Origin: Coniocarpon cinnabarinum
Taxonomy: Eukaryota
Assembly (NCBI GenBank): GCA_051942205.1
Contig: JAVECO010000024.1
Location: 1-64,000 of the forward strand
Direction: 5' to 3'
DNA length: 64,000 bases
Shown here: piece after piece, positions 12,255 through 25,396 of the stretch
Position numbering within the stretch: position 1 is the stretch's first letter
Layout of the letters: each line of letters starts with the position of its first letter
The notes under the pieces: model-generated
Database searches by the model: none
What the model saw: the letters and a program-made list of their open reading frames with translations, nothing else
What the model was told of the DNA's origin: nothing
Program-made: the position numbers and the translations under genes

Positions 12255-13187
12255 TCACACCACTTGGGTAGGTACCTTCGACCCCTCACACTCCAACGCC
12301 GACCTCGATAGTCTCCTCCCCATCGCCCTTCCCTTCTCCACCAACTCACCCCTCTCGCTCCAATCACCCACCCGCACCATCCCCTTGCTCCATGCACTCC
12401 TCCCACATCTGAAAATCAACTCCCTACTCCTCGCCGTAATCGCCAAAGCCATCACGATCCCCACCGCCATGAACACAAACAAAAAGGGAACCCACGCCGA
12501 TGCCGAGGTTCGCGCGTGATGGACACGTCGTCGAGCTTGGGCGTTGACGTCTTTCCACGCGTTTTTGGACTGCAGCTGTGCGGCGTATAATCTCCCCGAT
12601 AAACGGCGAGCACTCGGTAGATCGAAGAGGCTCATGTTCTCATCCCCCGAGCTTTCCTGTGCTGGACTTCCTGAGCTTCCTGAGTTCTGCGATGAAGATG
12701 AGATGTCGTCGGAATCGTTGGAATCAGGGTTGAGATAGTTGTGTGGTTTGTGAGGGTAATCATCATAAATCGACAGAAAAACACTGAATAAACTCTCGGA
12801 ACTCGAGTCCTCTTGATCGCCACCTTCGCCATTGCTATCGCCATTCCCTTGCGGCACCGGTTGAATAAACACATCCCGCACGAAATCTGCATCAGCGCGT
12901 CGTTCTGTATCAGGAAACGCAGCAGTGCCCTCGGTGTCGGAGGGGGATGGCTCGTCGGGTGGTTGGACGTGGCCTTCTTGGAGCCAGTGGGTGGCTTGGT
13001 CGTCGAGTTCTTTGATGTGTTGATGTTCGAGCTCAGTGGAGGTGCAGGGGTTTAGGTTTGTGCCGGCGATTGGCTTAACTTTCGGAGCTGGGTAGTGGCA
13101 GTTGGCTAGAGAGTGTGTTGATAGTGGTGCGGCGGTGGTGAAGTGGGATTGAAGAGTGAGGAGAGAGGCAAGAAGGAGGTACTTCAT
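12255..13187 (-). CDS. Secreted or single-pass membrane hypothetical protein (310 aa)
   Basis: Signal-peptide-like MKYLLLASLLTLQSHFTTAAP, acidic Ser/Asp-rich middle, and one TM segment (WVPFLFVFMAVGIVMALAIT) near the C-terminus. Confidence 0.75.
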   Translation of the reverse strand: MKYLLLASLLTLQSHFTTAAPLSTHSLANCHYPAPKVKPIAGTNLNPCTSTELEHQHIKELDDQATHWLQEGHVQPPDEPSPSDTEGTAAFPDTERRADADFVRDVFIQPVPQGNGDSNGEGGDQEDSSSESLFSVFLSIYDDYPHKPHNYLNPDSNDSDDISSSSQNSGSSGSPAQESSGDENMSLFDLPSARRLSGRLYAAQLQSKNAWKDVNAQARRRVHHARTSASAWVPFLFVFMAVGIVMALAITARSRELIFRCGRSAWSKGMVRVGDWSERGELVEKGRAMGRRLSRSALECEGSKVPTQVV

Positions 13188-14834
13188 TACTGGTGATCGT
13201 TGTATTACTATACTTTTTTCGTCTGTGTGGAGGTCGATTTGAATCTGTAATGGGTATAGACGAATGTTTTTGGGATAAAGAGCGTGTAGAAACAAATGAG
13301 AAGTATTAAAGAACAGTATTTAGGCAGACACCTTCGTATCCTTGCCAAATCACAAGGAACAGCTACAGGGGCGAGTGGACGAGGTCAAGCACTTAAGACA
13401 CACTCACGACAGACAACGCACGTGGGCGCGGCATGTTCCAGACTGTGAGCATGCAGCAGATAGCTGACAACAACAACACAGCCGCCCAAACTTTGTCACG
13501 CACCAATCTGCAGGGCGCAATAGACAGACCCGTACATACCTTAGTGAAGCGCGGGGGTTAAGACAGACGGGTATTAGGCCTTTTAGGAAAAGCGTGCAGA
13601 GTAATCGCGGGAAGAGTGCAGGACGGCAAGGCTCGGGGACGGAGTCTGGCCTGGTGTTGCAAAGAAACAAGGGTGGGAAGTGAAGACGAGGAAGGCAAAG
13701 GGAGGAGGAGCGAGAGCGGTCCGAACGAGCACAGGAGCCATTGAGAGGGCTCTTCGCCTCCTTTGACCAGACCAGATCATCAGCCAGACAGCCACGAGCC
13801 ACGGCCGCACCGAGTAAACCGTCAGAGATGTAGCCGCATATAGAAAGAGGCGCTGGATTGACTTGTCGTCACAACGTGCGATAATATCTTTCGCTACCAC
13901 ACACACTCTCTGTCAAAATCAGGAGCAACTCCGAGCGAGACCCGCGACACTTGCCGTACGTTCAAGTGCCAGACGTGATAGCGAGAGGATGGCCACGCTC
14001 CGAGGAGTTGACAGCCGGCTGACGGAGTGGAGTACAATGGCAACAAGCAATGGCGTGCTCTCATTGTGCGATATCACTGGAAGATAGCCGACAGGAGTTG
14101 CACGATTCCCGTCTGACGGACGGTGGAGGTCGAGCCCTGGAGAGTCAAAAGGTCGAGTCCAGCTGGCCTTGGCACCGTGGAAACCTAATCCCCTGTAAGG
14201 CTGTGCCCGCCAAGCCTCTTTAATTATCGCTCTTCGCCCACAGTTCTATCATTGGCAACGGCACCCAGCATCGGAAGGGCTAATCCGGGGGCCAGTACGA
14301 AGTAGGCATTTAGGTATCCAGGCTCAGGTGTCTTAGACCTCAGCTGACAGGCCTGCAGGGCTGACGATATGACTCATGGATAGAGTTGTGACAACGGGCG
14401 CGATATAACAACGCGCTGGTTTCATTTCGCTTATGCGTTTTGGCACATTACTGATCGCACGTCTGTTACGTACTTGTCGTGTAGACCAACCCTTCCGCAG
14501 ATATGCAGGACTCCGCACCTCATATATTGGCAAGGCTGGTAGCCATTGGCAGAGCAATGGTGCTGAATTTGGAGCGTGATTCCATGTGGACATGGCGTGG
14601 CCTGGCACGTGGACCAAGCGTCACAGTCCTCAAGTGAGGTGAGAAACAAGTCTAATATTAACTAGCAGAAAATGTCTGATGAACACTTTGCGTCCCCTTT
14701 CCATCGCAAAATCATAGGTAACATAAGACCGTACATCAGCCAAGCCACCCATGGCAGGATTTTGTTCAATCCACCGCCTTTCTTTCGACTCAAAACAGTC
14801 ATCGCCACCACGACGTTCTTCTTGATACTACAAG

Positions 14835-17792
14835 CTATGAACCAGCGCTTGTATTGTGACCCTGCTGCTGAGGCTCGCCATTCGGGGCATACAGCTGAGT
14901 CAGACTAGGGAACGGGTTCTTGATGTCCGCCTTGCCGTTCATGCTATTGCTGCCTGCCTGTGTCGACTGTCCCTGTGCCTGCTGTTGCTGCTGCTGTTGC
15001 CGCTGCGCCTGCTCTGCTTGCTGCGCTGCGGCAACTGGATCTGTATTCGAAAAGATAGGGTCGATGTTATTGAAGCCAGGGGATACGCCTGAACCTACTG
15101 CACCAGACGTGTCCATCTGTGTGCCAGCCACGAAGCTATCCCAAGCATCCTGTCGGAACAATCAGCACTCACTTTCACCATGACAGTGACATTTCATGAA
15201 GAACGCAGACTCACCCAGTCCAAGTTCGCGCCCACGCCGTTGGCCAGATCGCCGCCAGCGAAACCGCCTAGCATGTTCGTAAACGGCGTCAGGCCTTCTC
15301 CGCCACTCATAGGCGCCATCGGAGCTTGAGCGCCGCCAGGCTGACTGGTCTGTCCCTGTTGCGCCTGCTGCATATCTGAACCTGCAGGCTGCGGTGTCAT
15401 CCCCGTTCGTTGCGTCTGGAACCCCCCAGGCGCTGATCCAAAGAGGTTCATCGCATCTGGAGTCATCCCACTGCTCATCATGCCCAGCGTCATCGCAGCA
15501 GAATGCTCCGGCGCAGCGACTGCCACGTCTGGAGGGAGACCGTTTTGCGACGGTTGCCCAAACGAGAGGTTCTTACCCAATGCTTGGTGCAACGCGGCGT
15601 GATTTCTCAGCTTCTCAAGCATGACCTTCAGAATGCTTGACGCTTTGAAAGCCTCCATCGACTGATCTCGCAACGCCTCCCAGATTGCGACTGCCCGCTC
15701 CACTGCGCCAAGCATCTCCTCACGATGGGACACGGCCCACTCGTAAAGCTCACCCTGATTCTGTCCTCGAGACTCGGCGGCCGCAGTGTGATACAAATCG
15801 AGACAGATGACCATCGCAGCGAGGAGGAAATCTGATTGCGAGACCGCCGAAGTAATACTCCACGGTACATTGTGCAGTCGACCGCCAATTTGAGCTTCTT
15901 CATGTAACTGGAGCTGATGCTTCAGCATTTGCAAGCAGGCTTCCACGCAAGTTCGTCGCGAATACGCGAAACGTGGGTTCTCGCGGGCTTTGTTGAGGAA
16001 CTTCCGGTGTAGTGCAACCTGCGACTTCTGGTAGACGAGATCTAGCGAATATCGCTGCATGATCAAGGATGCTGGATCAAGAGTCGACTCTTCCCGTGTC
16101 TTGAGCGTTAGGGTAGGAGGGACATGCGTGCGAACCTCGCGAAGGTCGTTGTCAAGCTTCATTGCCGTCTCGTAGGAAATCGGCGTGAGCGCTGATGACG
16201 CCTCCAGGATTTTGCCGAGCACAAACACCAAGTGGCAGTTGACGATCATGAAGGACATGGGTGTGGCTTCTGTGAGGGGCCGACTTGGGGGAAGGGCTTT
16301 CGAGTCTTCATCGAATTCTTCATCGAAGATGTTGTTTGGCAATTCCGTGTCACAGTCCGCTGACTTAATCAGGGATGGCATACTGCACTGGTAGGACATG
16401 AGAATGTCGGCGGATCGAACAAAGTTCCACAGTCTCCTGCGCATTTCGCCCTGAAAGGGTGACAGCATAGCAAATGGTTTAGGGTCACGATGCAAACCTA
16501 CCCGCATTGCCAAGCGGGCCACAATACCCACGAGAATCCAGACGCCAGTCTCTGCGTCTCGGGTGCGGGCGCTCTCTGCCTGTAGGTACAAGCATAGCGT
16601 CTCGACCATGTAAACAATGGGCTGTGTGAAGTCTGCGACGACTAAAGCTTGTGTTGTTAGCTCAAGGTAGTTCAGGGAATTATCCCACGCTCTTCCTCGA
16701 TACTCTTTCGGCTCGTCACCGGCTCGGTGATAAGATTGTAATGCCAGACTCATCATGGCGAAGCTCATGCCAAGCCAGGCTGTTGTTGACATGTGCGGAT
16801 TGGTCCAATGTCGCTCGTATTGTTTGCAGTATGTGGGGCGGTGAATGATGTGTGTTGCGGGGTTTTCAGTCTCGAAATATCGAGTGATCAGCTCGTTTGC
16901 GACGTGCCGTGGTGGGAAGTTCGAAAGGAGCTCTCGGTGGTCCATCCTCGCGGTCCCTTTGAACAGCATTGAAGTGCCAGCGGTCGTCCCCTTCCATGCA
17001 CTGACTTTGCGAGCTTGTTCATCGTACATCTTCTTATGCTCAGCAAACCAGGCTTTGACTTCCGCAATCTGACAGAGCTTTATTAGACGAATTGTCTGAG
17101 CATCTTCGCTGGAGCGAACAACTCACATCACTCAGAATTGCATACCAATGACCCTCGGATGCGTAGATGTTGCGGTCGTTTTGAACTTTCATAATCCCTA
17201 TTGAGTTCGAAACGCGCTCAACCTCGCTGTCTTCATCACGGGGGCCTTGCCTACCACTATCGACCGGTTCTTGTTGATCCTGGTCCATCTCTCCGGACCC
17301 CACTGATCCACCGCTCTGTGGACCGCCCAGAGCTGCTTGAGCGGCCTGAGCTGCCGCGGGATTGCCAGTGGACATGAGCGACAACACCAAGCCCTCGAGC
17401 CGATCTATTCGATTTTGCATTTCGTCAGGAGTCGAGGTCCCTCCTTCGGCCATGGTGCGCCGGCGGTTGCCCGGAGCAGCGTATGTACAGCTTGGAGTGT
17501 CGCCGCGCTTCTGACAGTTGTCGCAGGGGTGTGAGCGGTTGCATTTGAGCCTGGTTCGCGAAGTCAGTTGCTGGCCTGATCTCAAAAACAGTGCAGGATG
17601 GTATCAAGACAGGCCTTACTTCCGGTGTCGACAAGGCGCGCACGACAGTGGGACCCTGTTTCGTCTTCGAACAATACGATTTTGAGTATCTGATGGTGAC
17701 CGCTGAGCGCTGTGTGATGAGGTGGTGGAAGAAGGTGTGGGTGCCATTGCATTGTTGGCTTGGCCATCGACGTTGACATTATTCTGAGACAT
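14835..17792 (-). CDS. Zn(II)2Cys6 transcription factor with fungal-specific TF middle-homology domain (~921 aa, 4 exons)
   Basis: Exons 17792-17620, 17550-17127, 17068-15215, 15149-14835. Binuclear cluster RRRNRVPLSCAPCRHRKLKCNRSHPCDNCQKRGDTPSC; middle-domain motif ARLAMRVGLHRDP...GEMRRRLW. Confidence 0.95.
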
Positions 17793-18983
17793 GATTGATG
17801 TATACTCAGCACGTCGCGCAGCAAGTTGAGATACTTGTTGTGAGTCTCTCAAAAGGTTTCGTGAGGCGTCCAGAAAAAGCCAGTGTAACCCGATGACACT
17901 GCACGCAGGTCAAAGTGAAGGCAGTCGTCTTGCTGCTGGAATGCCTTTGCCGGAACTCGCAGGTGGCGTAGCGCTGATAGTGGGAGTCAGAAGGAGGGAT
18001 TGTCGAACGCGAACAAACGCGATCGCTGTCCTGAGGCGTGCTCACTGCCAGTTGACGCGTTGGCTTGGAGCCAGTGGAGCTAGTTGATCAAGCCGAGTAA
18101 TATGGACGAGTGCTCGCAGAAGCGGCGGTGAAGGAACGAGGATGCAGTGATCGGCCCAGGCAGCAGGCACGGCGCTTGCCGTCCGAGCAGAGGACAAGGT
18201 CGAGCAAAGTGCAGCAAGCAATGCGCCGGCCGCTTTGACGTTGAATCAAGATGAGAGGCCGCGACTCGGAGATAGGAGCAGAATCCGGCGGGTGGGTGGC
18301 AAAAAGATGATGTACAGAGTCGCAAGAGGAGTGAGTAAGGTAGTGCTGGGGGCGGGATGTCGATTGCTTGGGCAGGGCAGGGCAGAGGGCCTCGACTCTA
18401 GCGCTTTCCCGGGCGTCACGGGCGTCAGCTGGGGGGTTTCCCTTGGCACCTTTGGGGGCTACACTAGCGCTGCCGGTGGGGCACTCGAGGGGCAGCGCTA
18501 CCTAGCATGCCACCCTGCCCACGCATCATCCACCCACCACTCACAGGCGCCTGACATGCCGCCCCTCCACCCTCATTGGCCGACATCCAGTCCTCTTTGC
18601 AAACAGCTCTTATTCGTGCTCCCCTCTTGCAGATTGTGAGTCACATCTGTTGTATTATGCGGCGTGACGGCATCATGCTGGTGTGATAGAGTATATGCAT
18701 TGTTACACGATTGATCTATATACCCCCTCTGCAGGATCTCATCCCCTGTGCCCGTCGTAGTGTACATGATTACCACTAATTGTATGGTCGTTATATGTAT
18801 GCTTCGTGATGCTGTCAAATCTACCGTGTTCCCGTAATGCATAAGTGTAAGCACCTGTGGCGATCCTGTGCAAATCGTGCGCCATAGACTTGCGTCTGGT
18901 GCTGTTTTGCTTCGCTGAAACGCTTCATTAGAATAAAGGTCGCTGATGCTGGATACGAAAATTAATATCTTGTCAAAGTTCAA

Positions 18984-21213
18984 TCAAATGTTGTCAGAGG
19001 GGCGCGCTTGGTTTCGCAGAGGACTCGAGTCGCCACCGTTTCTCCCGGCCGGGTGGGCGCTGCGATGAAGTCCCATGTAGATTTCAGATGGTTTTTGGAT
19101 TTGTGGTGGGCTGGGTCGAGATCGCTCTCCTGCGCGAGGCGTACTCGGCCTGGAAGACGACTCTCGGAACGCGGGTGCCGACAGCGGTGGGATGCTCTCT
19201 GCCTTCTCGCCACGCCCGACGCGGTCGATGCCCAGGTGTGTTTTCCCGTCGCGGCCCACAAACTTGCCAAAGAAGAAGCGTCCTTGACTGCCAGATAGAT
19301 AGTCGTGTTCACGATCTGTTCGTGCGCTGATCAGACGTGTCACCATATCAACACGACTGCCGAGAGGGTGCTGCCACTCCCGCTCGCCAACCAAGTTGCT
19401 CTGATAGAGGAAAGATACCTGCTCCGCAATGCTGGTGCACGCATGTGGAAGGCGCCGTTTGTGAAGGCCGATGAATACCAATGGAATCGAGAAGGCGTAG
19501 AGCGCCAAAAAGACGCACAGAGCGTAATAACCAGAAGGCTCGACAGCGACGCGGACTTGTTGGTCTCGGGTGTAGTACTGCGCCCAGAAGCATCCCCCAG
19601 CCAGGACCGGTAGGATGGCGGCAACTAATGACAGTGTGCTGAACCAGAGAACCCGCCAGTCGCCGTTTGAGGCAGCGTTGATGCCCACTGAGACTGGAAG
19701 CCGAGCGGGGTAGTCAAGCAGCAGTGACTTGATCGCGGGCGCACCGTGACCATCTCTAGCAGCCATGGCAGCGTATGGTTGGAGTCTTCGGAATGCATAG
19801 TCAATCGAGAGCCAACCAAGGAAGAGGAAATGCGCAATGATCGCGGGAATGAAGGAGTAGGTAAAGTTGGTGGCCGAAAAGCCCTGCGCTGTAGGTGAGA
19901 TTTTGGTAAGCGGCGAGAATCCGTGAATCACCGCGCGGTTGACGAATGAGACGATCAGAAAGGCCAGGAACAACAATATTGCCGCCAATGCTAGCAACAG
20001 GACGACGGATGGCCGAATGTACCACGGTAAGTAGCGACGGAGGACGCCATGAAATGAGCCTCCAGACTCTTCATCGCCGTTCACAACAGTGGAGGGCGTA
20101 TCGGGTGGGAAACTGCTTCGTTCAATCGGTTTTTCTCGAATGCGGCCAGCCTGCACGGAGTAGCGACGAGTTTCGGCGCCTTCCTCGCCAATACCGTAGA
20201 AGCTTTCATTAGGTCTTGTGGAAGTCCGCCAGTATCCAAGTCGATCAGAACGATCCCCAAGCCGCTCTTGAAACTGCTTTGGCGTGGAGAACATCTCGGA
20301 ATTGATGTAGTCTGTCGTCATGTTAGATCGGTCAAGCATCGCAATGAGGTCGGCAATGGAACGAGAGTCCCATCGCAGGCCGGTACGTCGATTCGAGAAA
20401 TAGATGAGCAGTGCAATGATTGCGGCTGTCAACAGTAGGTACAGCGCGAAGAGTGTCCAAACGATTCCCTGCACAGTGTTCCACCTCCAAGAACCTGTTT
20501 GAGCGTCGCCGTAGAAGTAGACATTATACAAGCAGGTCAGAAGCGGGACTGTGAAGATTTGCAGCCAGAAGATGAACCGACATGCACCCAGCACAGGTTG
20601 TGCGGCTTTGAAGTTGGAAAAGTCCGGCAAGAGGAAATTCGTTGGCTGCATTTTCATCAGCGGACCTTGTGTCCGGGACTTGGCTGACATTGAGGACATG
20701 GCGATGAATGGCGAGATTCTTTGGACCGCAACCTGGATCTGTAGCAGCCAGAGGAACATGAAGGCGCCGCATAGCGTTGGTAAGTACTGGAAGACAAAGT
20801 AACGTCCGTCACCAAAGCTAGAGTAATCATCGAGACCGACGTGCGTGCTTGACCAGCCTCCAGAGAAGGCCAGTCCAGTCAGCATAAGCAGGCAGAGAAG
20901 GAGATAGACACCTAGCCACAGGGGTTTGAGTGTTGCGGGAACGAACTTGAGTGGTGGGATTTCGTGATCGTAGGGCACAAGAATGCTAGGAGGAGAGGGC
21001 GGTGCGACGGGTTTATAAGATTGTCGGCTGTCTATTCGCGGAGGGAAAGCTTCCTGTCGGGGTTGCCGGTGTGGAGACGCAGCAACGGGCTTCACATTTG
21101 GGTGTTCCATGTCAACCTCTTTGGCATAAGTCTCCGCAGCTGGCTCTTCAAATGGGTTCGCACGGCTCTCGGAACCAGAGCCATCAACGTAGCGAGTCTG
21201 TCTTGGTCGTGGC

Positions 21214-21244
<31 letters not shown>

Positions 21245-21797
21245 GAGTCGAGCGCTGATGCTGGTGTGCAGTGGGGCGCGACTCTCCTGCGCTGTATCGA
21301 GTCCTTGGTTCTGCTTCCGGGGCGACGTAGCTCGCACCGGGCAGCGGGTATCTTCTTGACCCTCTGACCTCTTCATCACGAGTGAGTTGATCAATCGCGA
21401 AACGAATATAAGGCGTGTCGTCCATGCCTGGAGTGGGTGGACTCGTATCGGGCTCGAGTTGGCTCATCCTCATTGGGGTGTATTGGGAGGAACCCGAGCC
21501 AACGGGTTTCCGTCTTATCTGACTTCGACGATGTTCGGAAGACTCACGCGGGCGCAATGTACTCGCATCCGTGTCATTCGAGTTTCTGTGACCGGACTCG
21601 CGAATCGCGACGTGTGGACTGGAAGGTGGCGTCGAGAAACGATTGTTGGCAGGCCTAATGAGATCTTCATTGCTGCCACTGGAGCCAGGGCGGGAGCTTC
21701 GGGCGGATTGGTAGTCTTCGGTAGCGGTGACAGATTGCTGTGACTGAGCGTGCTCTATCTGTGGGGTGACAACTATGCGTGAAAAGTTAGCATACAC
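18984..21797 (-). CDS. DUF3433-family multi-pass membrane protein (937 aa)
   Basis: Long intronless ORF with a disordered N-terminus (TPGMDDTPYIRFAIDQLTRDEEV) and two repeated membrane modules (FQYLPT...QRISPF; YSFIPA...RRLQPY...LLLDYP) typical of fungal DUF3433 proteins. Confidence 0.8.
21214..21245. repeat. (TTG)n microsatellite encoding poly-Gln in the DUF3433 protein
   Basis: About 10 TTG units, read as QQQQQQQQQQQ on the minus strand. Confidence 0.95.
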
Positions 21798-22632
21798 GGA
21801 ATCGTTTCATGAGACATTTACAGAGCTCAAGCTCACCGTTAGTTTGTCGCAAGGTGAAATGTTCTGGACTTGTGCGGCTCATGTCGTCAGCAGGGGGAAT
21901 GTGCATGCAAAGCGAAGGAATGCAGATGCAAGACGAGAGTAGAAGAAGCGAGAAAAACAAAGCGACGCGAGACGTACCTGATCGTGGGCTTGGACCGGGG
22001 GTGAGTGCAAAATGGCTGGTGTAAAGAGGCTGGGAGGCTTGCCCGCCACCGTGAAAACAGGTCTGAACAGGCTAGAGCGTGCTAATTCTCTAGCAAACCA
22101 ACGAGATACCCTCCGTAGCGCGATACTATGCGATGCCTCAGCCGGCGCGTGCTTGATTTAGTGCCAACGCATCGAGTACATTGTTTTCATGTGCTCGCAC
22201 CAAGCTCACGAATTCCAGGAACGTGGGGACGAAAGCGGGCAGGTGGCAGCCACACAACACCCGTGCCCACGCCCTGATTTAGCGCCAATCGCGGCTACAG
22301 CCCAACAGGCGCTAAGCTATGGTCTGTGCGCGATCTTGTTTCAAGAACACGTGAGCCGTCCCTCCTATTGTGGTCTCGTGGGGCTTCGTCCAGCGCACAC
22401 AACCTGTGGCAACGCGTGAGTAGTTCGACAATACAAAGTACCGTCAACACGACTGAAGTCGGCATTAGGCGTGTGCACCTGCGGCGTCACTCCAAATTCT
22501 GCCTCATGAGCTACGGACTACAGCGTTTCGCTTTCATCTCCTGTTCAAGCAGACACCCAGCAAACACGTGCTTGACGCGTCCTCTACGCGCGACTGTCGT
22601 GGGCTGGCAAGCGTGATGGACTTTCAAGCCCA

Positions 22633-23390
22633 TCATTGCACTTTGCCGTTTGTAATGCCATCATACTCTTTCTTAGCCTCGTCTACCCTTGTCTGTTTGA
22701 ACTTGGAAATTTTCTGCTCTACACTTGCGTCCAATCTCTTTCTGAGTTCCGGCCGGTACCCAAACCAGAAAAGTGCTTCGAGCCAGACGAAAAATGGAGC
22801 AAGAAAGATTGCCTGAATGAGATTGTCCAGTAGAGCCGGCGCGCGACCCTCAAACTTTCCATGGCCAATAAACTGCGCTACCCAGCTGATAAGATGTATA
22901 CCCAGAGCCCACTTGTTTGCAGTTGCTCCATGTACATTTGTGAGGTGATTGGCGACAGCAGTCGCACTAAGCAAAAGAGGCGCAAGTAGTGTCCCCGCGA
23001 AGGGTTCCATCAGAATATAGAGGAAAGAGTAGACCAAAGCTGAGGCCGTTCCGACGTTCAACGGGAAGCCAGATATTTGCGCCCATTCTGGCAAGGCCAG
23101 ATCTGGCGAATTGGTGCCCTGGCAGGCTCGTTAGGTATGCAGGTCAGATTTGGTAGGTTGAGGTTGACATACGAAGAGGAAGGCTGTAAGGAGAATCATT
23201 GGTACACAAACGATATGTATTCCAATGTTAACCTTAACAATCAGCCCTGCTCACTCACAACTTTGAGAGCACCATACAGGATCATGATGATATGACCCGT
23301 ACTTCGTGAGTGTCCGTCAGCGGAGGAATTTACTCTACTGGGGAGACTGCTTCTCACAAACAGGAGCTGCTTTTCTAAATTGAGAGCCAT
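22633..23390 (-). CDS. MPO1: Mpo1/DUF962 family ER membrane protein (2-hydroxy fatty acid dioxygenase-like), ~200 aa, 4 exons
   Basis: Exons 23390-23358, 23301-23278, 23232-23173, 23118-22633 give MALNLEKQLLFYGSYHHDPVNIGIHIVCVP...WVAQFIGHGKFEGRAPALLDNL. Confidence 0.9.
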
Positions 23391-24066
23391 AATGCAGCTT
23401 GTAATTGAATTTTGGTCTGTTTGCTATGTAAAGGATGAGGCGGATAGAGAAGATGTCAAAGTTGATGGGAGCGCAGAAACGATGGCATCTCGAACGCGCA
23501 ACTTGTCGCTGTATTAATCCCCTCGGCTCCCTCCCAGGCACAACGTCTCTTGGCCTAGGCAATGCGGGGCCAGTAAACAGGCCAACCGTTTGTCAGAGCA
23601 CACGAGCCACAGCTGGTGCACGGGCCATTCACACGCGCCACACGCCTTGGTTTTCTACAATCAAACCTGCAGGCACCTGTTGCGCTTCTCTACTTCACTC
23701 TGCCACAGGTCGCAAGTGTTCGCAACTCTGCGCATTCGTCCCCTCGTGGAACTGTCAAAGCCTGGGCTCCGGCGCTTGATCGCGACAGAGGCACTCCTAC
23801 TTTTATTGCTATGCGTTCTCCCTGAACGAACTTCAGGCGGTTGCGCCAACGAGCGCGAGGTCTTTACCTCTTCACCGTTGCCCCGCGCAGAGACTTTGTC
23901 TGGGCTGTCCGATCCTTACAGCGTAGCAGCACTCGCTTAGTCACAATAACACAAATAGTTGAGCAGATATTCTATCTTAAAACGGACCGTGGAACACACC
24001 GCTTGTTCTCGCCTACGCGCACCCAGTCAAGCGACATTGAAAGGGCACTTCTCCATACTTCCCACA

Positions 24067-24820
24067 ATGTTTTTCCTGAAGTGGATGGAACGAACGATTA
24101 CGCTGCACCCTACGTACTTTGGCCCTCGCATCAAAGATTACTTAGTAGACCGACTGAAGCAGGATGTTGAGGGTACAAACCTGGGCAATTTCTATGTCAT
24201 TCTTGTTTTCGACAATCCTGAAATATCAGAAGGGCGCGTCGTCCCAGGCAGTGGATATGCAGAGTACACTCTGAACTACAGAGCCATTGTATGGCGCCCG
24301 TTCAGAGGCGAAGTTGTAAGAGTAGTGGATTTGTGTTACATGAAAAACGTGCTGAATGTCAATGTAGATGGACGGTCTTGTCTCATCTGTCACCGCGCAT
24401 GGGATGGTCATAAACATTGGTCCAATGGACGTTTTCGTCTCAAAGAACGTATGCGTATCATGACCTTCACGAGTGCTGTTCTGCGATTTAACGTGGACCC
24501 TAGTTGATGCCCTCTGAGTTCAAATTCGATGGTAACGCCAACCCCCCGCACTTCACCAACAACGCAGACACCATATACGAAAATGGTTCGAGAATCAGAA
24601 TAAAGGTACTCGGAGTGCGAGCAGAAGTTGGCCAGATGTATGGCATAGCTACCATCAAAGAGGTAAGTTGCAATCAGCTAGCCAATGAGATGAGCGGTCG
24701 CCTAATTGACTTTATGTGTACAGGACTATTTAGGGTGGGTGAGCTTCACATATCTGCAACTAACCTTACTAATTGGAGACACTTCATAGGCCCTTGGAGA
24801 TCACTGATGCACCGGCTTGA
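24067..24820 (+). CDS. RPB7: RNA polymerase II subunit Rpb7 (~176 aa, 5 exons)
   Basis: MFFLKWMERTITLHPTYFGP...VWRPFRGEV...IKEDYLGPL. Exons 24067-24315, 24368-24448, 24504-24662, 24724-24734, 24790-24820. Confidence 0.93.
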
Positions 24821-25396
24821 GCAATCCATACCGGATCTGAATTTACCAGCATACCTTCGCTTCAAGCACGCCACGGCTATCGGCCAATCTGCTCGCTACA
24901 GAGTGATCGTGGGCCTTGACGCCGTCGGGGCAAGTGTTGTCTCCCTTGCGACATTGTTAACGGAAACGGTCCAGCCTCAAATTGGCCGACGGAGGGACTG
25001 AAACGAAGATGGAAGTATTTCTCCACGCTGCAAGAGTCAGCGCAGTTGGATGGAGAGTGTGTGTGGAATCTAGTCGGGGTCAAGTCGCATTGCCACGTTG
25101 CGTTTCGATATATAGATAACGAATTCGAAGTAAGGTGCCGCAAGCCCGACCGTAGCCACGTGGCTAGCCGTTTTCGGAACTGCCGCTTTAGCTTCACTCT
25201 GGGAAGGGCCCTGCCTTTTGATCCGCTAAGCACCATCGCAGCCCCTCGCCTGCTGTCAAACACAACAAGTGGTCATTTCGGACGGGTGTTAGGTTCGTTT
25301 AAGCCTTTCATAGCTTGCAGATGATGACGAAGCATTCCGATCTTTCACACCTCCGCACGCAATACGCTTCTCCCTCAACCTTTCGAATGAATCGTC

